64,000 nucleotides of DNA from an uncultured Halomonas sp. Lineage in GTDB: Bacteria > Pseudomonadota > Gammaproteobacteria > Pseudomonadales > Halomonadaceae. Under the pieces are notes generated by a model. The model had not been told where the DNA came from, searched no databases, and was given only the letters and a program-made list of their open reading frames with translations. A program made the position numbers and the translations under genes. The stretch lies in NCBI RefSeq assembly GCF_947501415.1, contig NZ_CANMVL010000022.1, forward strand, positions 2,873-66,872, read 5' to 3'. Below are positions 58,823 to 64,000 of this stretch, in pieces. How positions within the stretch are numbered: position 1 is the stretch's first letter; the number at the start of each line of letters is the position of its first letter.

Positions 58823-61032
58823 CCGCGGAACAGCGTGCCGTGGTCGAACACGGCGCCGGGCACGCGCGTGTGGCCGCGGTCGCTGGCTCCGGCAAGACCA
58901 CGACCATGGTGGCGAGGGTGCTCCGGCTCCTCGAGCGTGGGGTTCCCCCTCAGCGTATTCTGGTGCTGATGTTCAACCGTTCGGCACGAGCGGACTTCCA
59001 GGCCCGCCTGGCGGCCATGGCCCCAGCAGGCCAGCGGCTGCCCGATGTTCGCACCTTCCACTCCCTTGGGCATCGATTGACTGGCAGCCTGACACGCTGG
59101 GGGGCACTGGTGCCCCGTCAGCTGCTGACCGCCGACTGGCAACTCGAGCGCCTGCTGCGTCAGGCCACCCAGCTCGCGCTCGGTGATCAGGACACCGAGG
59201 CGCGTGAGTCGGCGCTGGATGCCGAGCGTCTCGAGGCGCTGGCGCACTTCTGTGGCCTGGTTAAGGCCGAGATGGTGAGTGCCGACGAGTTGCTTGAGCG
59301 GCTGGATTACGGCGAGGAGACCCGTTACTTCCCGGCCGCCTTCGAGCAGGTCGAGGCACTGCTGGAGCAGCATGGCCTGATGGGTTACGCCGATCTGCTG
59401 TATCGCCCCCTGAAAGCCCTGGAAGCCGATGCTGGCCTGCGCGGCCGTATCCAGGGATATCTCGACCACGTTATCATCGACGAGTATCAGGACATCAATG
59501 TTGCCCAGCAGCGTCTGTTGGCGCTGCTCGCCGGCGAGCATGCCGAGGTGATGGCGGTGGGGGATGCCAACCAGTGCATCTACGAGTGGCGTGGAGCACA
59601 TCCGGAGACCATGCTCCAGCGTTTCACCGCCACCTTCGGTGTAGCGGTGGACTATCCACTCTCCACCACCTTTCGCCATGGCCATGCCCTGGCACTGGCC
59701 GCCAATCACGTCATCGACGCCAACCGGCGGCGCCCCGACCAGCAGTGCCTGGCGGCTCCCGGCAACCCGCAGACCCGGATCGGGGCGGGCCAGGGGTGTC
59801 GTGGCCTGCTGGAGGGCCTGGTCGCGTGGCGGCGACAGGGGAGGGCACTCGACGAAGCCTGTGTGCTGGTACGTAGCTGGGCCCTGTCGGTGCCGCTGCA
59901 GCTCGCGCTGCTGCGCGAAGGAGTGGCGTTTCGTCTGGCGCGGGAGGACCGTTTCGTCTTTCGCCTGCCCCTGGTGCAGGCACTGGCCGGCTACCTGAGG
60001 CTGGCATGTACTCCCGAGCTTCTGCGCGACCCTGGTCACCTGGCTCTGCTGTTCGCCCAGCCGACACCCTTCGTGGCCCGAGAGCGACTCGAGGCGCTGG
60101 CGCGCCGGTTGGCGGAGGATCCGCGCTGGCCAGCGCCTCAAGACCCGCTGCTGGCATCCCTCAAGCCACATCAGAAACGTACCCTCAAGAAGCGTTGGGC
60201 GCTGCTCTGTGAGTTGCCGCGGTTGACGACCCGTTCGCCGGCCGAGCTGCTCGACCATGTGGTGACCGAGGTCGATGCGGAGAGGGTCCTCAAGCGTGCC
60301 GCGGCGCGGCGTGACAAGGGCGAGGAGGATGTTCGCCTGCTGGACGTGCTCAAGGAGCAGGCCGCAGAGCTTGGCAATGACACCGAGGCCTTTGTCGAGC
60401 TGCTCAGTCGGCCGGTGGAGAGCCGTGATGACGGGGTGTTGATCAACACCGTGCACGGCGCCAAGGGGCTGGAGTGGCCCCTGGTGGTGCTTGCCGGTGT
60501 CAACGAGCAGGACTTTCCCCACTACACCCGCGACAACCCGCTATCCCCCCAGCGTCTCGAGGAGGAGCGCAGGCTCTTCTATGTGGCCATCACGCGTGCC
60601 CGAGAGCGGCTGCTGCTGCTCCATGACGGTGGCGATCATCGTCCCAGCCGGTTTCTCGCCGAGAGTGCCTGGCAGGAGTGCGATCGCCTGGCCAAGCGAC
60701 TCGAAGAGGATGACGCTAACGCTGCCGCCGACGCAGGGAAAGCGCCACTGGCGGTATCGCGCCCGGACCTGGTGAAGCGCTATCTGGACGCCCTGGGGCG
60801 TGAGTTGTCGCTGACGCCTGTCACGCCTGAGGCGACCGATCAGATGGCTCCCTCGCAGGCCTTCGGCGTCGGGCAGCGCCTGCGTCATGCCGTTTTTGGC
60901 GAGGGCGAGATCGATCTGGTGGAGGGGGACCCCGACAATCCCGTGATCGAGGTGCGTTTCCGGCATGCCGGGCGACGACGCCTGATCGCTCGACGAGCGC
61001 CCATCGAACTGCTGCAAGGAGGTCATGCATGA
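58813..61032 (+). CDS. UvrD/PcrA-family SF1A helicase
   Basis: GTG start; AVAGSGKTT, MFNRSA, IDEYQD, VGDANQCIYEWRG, TVHGAKGLEW and EERRLFYVAITRA; C-terminal GVGQRLRHAVFGEG Tudor-like segment. Confidence 0.9.
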   Translation: MRLTAEQRAVVEHGAGHARVAAVAGSGKTTTMVARVLRLLERGVPPQRILVLMFNRSARADFQARLAAMAPAGQRLPDVRTFHSLGHRLTGSLTRWGALVPRQLLTADWQLERLLRQATQLALGDQDTEARESALDAERLEALAHFCGLVKAEMVSADELLERLDYGEETRYFPAAFEQVEALLEQHGLMGYADLLYRPLKALEADAGLRGRIQGYLDHVIIDEYQDINVAQQRLLALLAGEHAEVMAVGDANQCIYEWRGAHPETMLQRFTATFGVAVDYPLSTTFRHGHALALAANHVIDANRRRPDQQCLAAPGNPQTRIGAGQGCRGLLEGLVAWRRQGRALDEACVLVRSWALSVPLQLALLREGVAFRLAREDRFVFRLPLVQALAGYLRLACTPELLRDPGHLALLFAQPTPFVARERLEALARRLAEDPRWPAPQDPLLASLKPHQKRTLKKRWALLCELPRLTTRSPAELLDHVVTEVDAERVLKRAAARRDKGEEDVRLLDVLKEQAAELGNDTEAFVELLSRPVESRDDGVLINTVHGAKGLEWPLVVLAGVNEQDFPHYTRDNPLSPQRLEEERRLFYVAITRARERLLLLHDGGDHRPSRFLAESAWQECDRLAKRLEEDDANAAADAGKAPLAVSRPDLVKRYLDALGRELSLTPVTPEATDQMAPSQAFGVGQRLRHAVFGEGEIDLVEGDPDNPVIEVRFRHAGRRRLIARRAPIELLQGGHA

Positions 61033-61853
61033 ATCAGCCCCTGATCACCGCCGGGGAGTTGGAAGACGCCCTGGAGGGCACCCGGCCACCGCGTCTGCTG
61101 GATTGTCGAGCGCGTCTTGGTGATCCCGACGCCGGCCATGGCCTATGGTGGAAGGCGCATCTGCCGAACAGTCGACACCTCGACCTGGATCGTGACCTGG
61201 CGGGTCCCCCGGGGACAGGGGGACGGCATCCGTTGCCGGACCGGCAGCGGTTCACCGAGGTGCTTCAGCGCCTTGGCGTGACGCCGGACATGCCGGTGGT
61301 GATCTATGACGATATGGGCGGCCAGCTGGCCGCCGCCCGCGCCTGGTGGATGCTCGCCTGCTGGGCCGGCCACCCCGAGGTGCGGGTACTGGACGGCGGC
61401 ATCCAGGCCTGGTTGGCCCATGGTGGCGAGCTGCATGAGGGAGATGACGTGGCATCGAGCCCTTCCGGCTGGTGCCCGGATTATCGTGACGACACCTGGA
61501 CCACGGCGGATGCGCTGCAGTCGAGCAGCGTGCTGAGGGTGGACGCTCGCAGCCGCGAACGCTTCCGCGGTGACGTCGAGCCCATCGACCCGGTGGCGGG
61601 TCATATCCCGGGTGCGCTATGTCGCCCCAGTGCCGACAACCTGGAGGAGGGCGGGCGCTTCAAGAGCCCCGGACGTCTGGCCGAGGAGCTACCACAGGCC
61701 GACGAGCTGGTGGCCTACTGTGGTTCTGGGGTCACCGCGTGCCATAACATCCTTGCCTATGCGATAGCCGGCAAGCCGCTGCCCAGGCTCTACCCAGGCT
61801 CCTGGAGCGAATGGATACAAGACCCGGCCCGCCCGGTGGCAACCGGAGGTTAA
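61029..61853 (+). CDS. sseA: Rhodanese-family sulfurtransferase (3-mercaptopyruvate sulfurtransferase-like)
   Basis: GRHPLPD, AARAWW, VLDGG, DPVAGHIPGA, YCGSGVTAC and LYPGSWSEW. Confidence 0.92.
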   Translation: MNQPLITAGELEDALEGTRPPRLLDCRARLGDPDAGHGLWWKAHLPNSRHLDLDRDLAGPPGTGGRHPLPDRQRFTEVLQRLGVTPDMPVVIYDDMGGQLAAARAWWMLACWAGHPEVRVLDGGIQAWLAHGGELHEGDDVASSPSGWCPDYRDDTWTTADALQSSSVLRVDARSRERFRGDVEPIDPVAGHIPGALCRPSADNLEEGGRFKSPGRLAEELPQADELVAYCGSGVTACHNILAYAIAGKPLPRLYPGSWSEWIQDPARPVATGG

Positions 61854-61878
61854 TCGCCGTTAGCAGCCGATAGAAAGT

Positions 61879-61913
61879 AAAACGCCTCCGCGAGTCTGTC
61901 GCGGAGGCGTTTT
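61879..61913. terminator. Bidirectional intrinsic terminator
   Basis: AAAACGCCTCCGCGA-GTCTG-TCGCGGAGGCGTTTT between convergent sseA and ETF-QO. Confidence 0.88.
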
Positions 61914-61932
61914 CATGAAGCGGCGAGGCTTC

Positions 61933-63600
61933 TTACATATTCGGATAGTTCGGTCCGCCACCACCTTCGGGTGCCACCCAGGTGATGTTCTGGGCCGGGT
62001 CCTTGATGTCACAGGTCTTGCAGTGCACGCAGTTCTGGAAGTTGATCTGGAACATCGGCTTGCCGTCTTCGCCCTCGACCACTTCGTAGACCCCGGCCGG
62101 GCAGTAGCGCTGAGCCGGCTCGGCATACTCCGGCAGGTTCTCGCGGATCGGCAGCTCCGGGTCACTCAGCTTCAGGTGACAGGGCTGATCCTCCTCATGA
62201 TTGGTATTGGAGAGGAAGACCGAGGAGGGCTTGTCGAAGGAGAGCTTGCCGTCGGGCTTCGGGTACTCGATCTTCTCGAACTCGCCGGCCGGCTTGAGTG
62301 CGGCATGGTCCGGGGTGGTGTCGTGCACATTGGGCAGCTTGCCACCCAGCAGCTGGTTGACGAAGTTGTAGGCGCCGCCGCCGACGGTGCCGTACTTGTG
62401 GATTGCCGGGCCAAAGCTGGCGCTCTCCTTGAGCTCGGCGTATGCCCAGCTCGCTTCCCACTTCTCGTTGAAGGCGGTTAGCTCCTGGCCACCCTCGTCG
62501 CCCTTGGCGACCGCCTCGAATACCGCCTCGGCGGCCACCAGGCCGGACTTCATGGCGGTGTGCAGCCCCTTGATCTTGGCGAAGTTCAGGGTGCCGGCAT
62601 CGCAGCCGATCAGCAGGCCGCCGGGGAAGGTCATCTTCGGCAGGCAGTTCAGTCCGCCCTTGGCGATAGCGCGGGCCCCGTAGGCGACACGCTTGCCGCC
62701 CTCGAGATGCCTGGCCAGCACCGGGTGGTGCTTCATGCGCTGGAATTCGTCGAAGGGGGAGAGCCAGGGGTTCTGGTAGGAGAGGTCCATGATCAGCCCC
62801 ACGACCACTTGCTGGTTGTCGCCGTGATAGAGGAACCAGCCACCGTGGGTGTGCTTGTCCAGCGGCCAGCCGGATCCGTGCAGAACCAGGCCGGGCTCGT
62901 GCTGCTCGGCGGGAACGTCCCACAGCTCCTTGAGACCGATGCCATAATGCTGGGGATCCTTGCCGGCGTCGAGGTCATACTCCTGGATCAGGCGCTTGCC
63001 CAGGTGACCTCGGGCGCCTTCGGCAAACAGCGTGTACTTGGCGCGAAGCTCCATGCCCGGCATATGGCCATCCTTGGGGGTGCCATCCGCGGCCACTCCC
63101 ATGTCGCCGATCAGGATCCCCTTGACCACGCCCTCCTCGATGATGGTTTCCTGAGCGGCAAACCCCGGAAAGATCTCCACGCCCAGCGTCTCGGCCTGCT
63201 CGGCCAGCCAGCGGCACAGGTTGCCGGCGCTGATCACATAGCGGGTCAGATCACCACCGGTGTTGTGCATGGACCGGGGCACCAGGGCATTGGGTAGCTT
63301 CTGGCTCTTCTCCGCGTCCTTGAGCAGGTAGACCTCGTCGCGGCTGGCCGGGGTGGTCAGCGGTGCGCCACGCTCCTCCCAGTCGGGAAACAGCTCCTGC
63401 AACGCGCGCGGCTCGAAGATGGCGCCGGAGAGGATATGGGCGCCCACCTCGGAGCCCTTTTCCACCACGCACACCGTCAACTCCTGCTCCGCCTCGTTGG
63501 CCTGCTGCATCAACCGGCACGCGGCGGCCAGACCCGAGGGGCCGGCGCCCACGATAACAACATCGAACTCCATGGAATCGCGTTCGACTTGTTCTTCCAT
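61933..63600 (-). CDS. etfD: Electron transfer flavoprotein-ubiquinone oxidoreductase
   Basis: DVVIVGAGPSGL, HILSGA, GCDAGTLN, KGLHTAMKSG and 4Fe-4S motifs YCPAGVYE / NCVHCKTCDIKDP. Confidence 0.96.
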   Translation of the reverse strand: MEEQVERDSMEFDVVIVGAGPSGLAAACRLMQQANEAEQELTVCVVEKGSEVGAHILSGAIFEPRALQELFPDWEERGAPLTTPASRDEVYLLKDAEKSQKLPNALVPRSMHNTGGDLTRYVISAGNLCRWLAEQAETLGVEIFPGFAAQETIIEEGVVKGILIGDMGVAADGTPKDGHMPGMELRAKYTLFAEGARGHLGKRLIQEYDLDAGKDPQHYGIGLKELWDVPAEQHEPGLVLHGSGWPLDKHTHGGWFLYHGDNQQVVVGLIMDLSYQNPWLSPFDEFQRMKHHPVLARHLEGGKRVAYGARAIAKGGLNCLPKMTFPGGLLIGCDAGTLNFAKIKGLHTAMKSGLVAAEAVFEAVAKGDEGGQELTAFNEKWEASWAYAELKESASFGPAIHKYGTVGGGAYNFVNQLLGGKLPNVHDTTPDHAALKPAGEFEKIEYPKPDGKLSFDKPSSVFLSNTNHEEDQPCHLKLSDPELPIRENLPEYAEPAQRYCPAGVYEVVEGEDGKPMFQINFQNCVHCKTCDIKDPAQNITWVAPEGGGGPNYPNM

Positions 63601-63682
63601 CTGCTCTCTCCTCACTGCCCGTGTCGACGTTGAGCGCCACTACACTAACATCGATAAGTTCCACTAACGTCGATAAGATTTA

Positions 63683-63695
63683 AAACGGTCGTTTG
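63683..63695. promoter_or_regulatory. PsrA-like (TetR family) palindrome in the ETF-QO/etfB divergent region
   Basis: AAAC-GGTC-GTTTG matches the Pseudomonas PsrA consensus (G/C)AAAC-N2-4-GTTT(G/C) except at its first base; a second imperfect site CAAAC-GCTC-GCATG lies at 63866-63879. Confidence 0.55.
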
Positions 63696-63995
63696 CTTCT
63701 AGCCTGCCCTCATGATAGGCATAATAGAACAACAAGGTCACCCCCTGCGATCATGCGACTTTGGCGCCATGAGGTTCAGGTGTCTCGCCCAAGGGGCAAT
63801 AATGGGATTGTTGCCGTGTGCATGGGTGTGGCACATTGAGACAGTTTTTTCGATGTGGCACCTATCAAACGCTCGCATGAAATTGATAAGAGCATGCCAC
63901 GCCGTTCCAGACGGCCAGTTACAGGAAGGTGCTGACGGCAGTGTCGCACCATTGGATTCAAGACGGTTCAACACCGAGAACCAAGCGAGGAAATC

Positions 63996-64000
63996 ATGAA
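63996..64000 (+). CDS. Start of the next gene, probably ETF beta subunit
   Basis: GAGGA SD then ATG AA at the window edge, divergent from ETF-QO. The identity is inferred from the common etf-qo/etfBA arrangement only. Confidence 0.4.

Noticed and set aside
58699-60522. 607-aa antisense ORF, and similar long antisense ORFs (e.g. 5217..6827, 28996..30120, 32069..33331, 36801..37664)
   Set aside because: Shadow frames opposite well-supported genes; long stop-free antisense frames are expected at this GC content and show no recognisable motifs.

Overview
A 64-kb stretch of high-GC core chromosome from a Halomonadaceae-like gammaproteobacterium. The taxon is inferred from gene order and protein style, not from a database search. 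From start to end it holds: a PhnC/PhnD-like ABC transporter with a divergent histidine phosphatase; glpD-glpR-glpK; two identical tRNA-Val(GAC) genes; msrC; metNIQ under a SAM-II-type riboswitch; riboflavin synthase; a nucleobase-salvage cluster (NCS2 permease-apt-gpt-ung-upp); a Rhizobium-type glycerol ABC transporter (glpSTPQUV); uraA; aguAB; a Sel1 lipoprotein plus Cache-GGDEF-EAL pair; the conserved lol-comEC-exbBD-msbA-lpxK-kdsB-murB-rne block; the rluC-yceD-rpmF-plsX-fab-pabC-mltG-tmk-holB-pilZ-tatD block; DUF1285-UvrD-like helicase-rhodanese; and ETF-QO, ending at the probable etfB start. I found no integrase, transposase, prophage, CRISPR array or defence island, and no large novel multi-gene system is evident. 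The most interesting signals are non-coding or repeat-level: (1) a ~105-bp intergenic element present twice, with compensatory base changes in three stems; (2) a SAM-II aptamer joined to a terminator/antiterminator; (3) a shared 18-bp operator linking glpD, glpK/glpR and the distant glycerol ABC operon; (4) an in-frame, diverged 60-bp duplicate of the aguB 3' end; (5) a 114-bp tandem array in RNase E; (6) an 11-copy heptamer array that forms one arm of an inverted element. Start codons were adjusted by hand from the ORF track where SD context or family N-termini indicated a later start.
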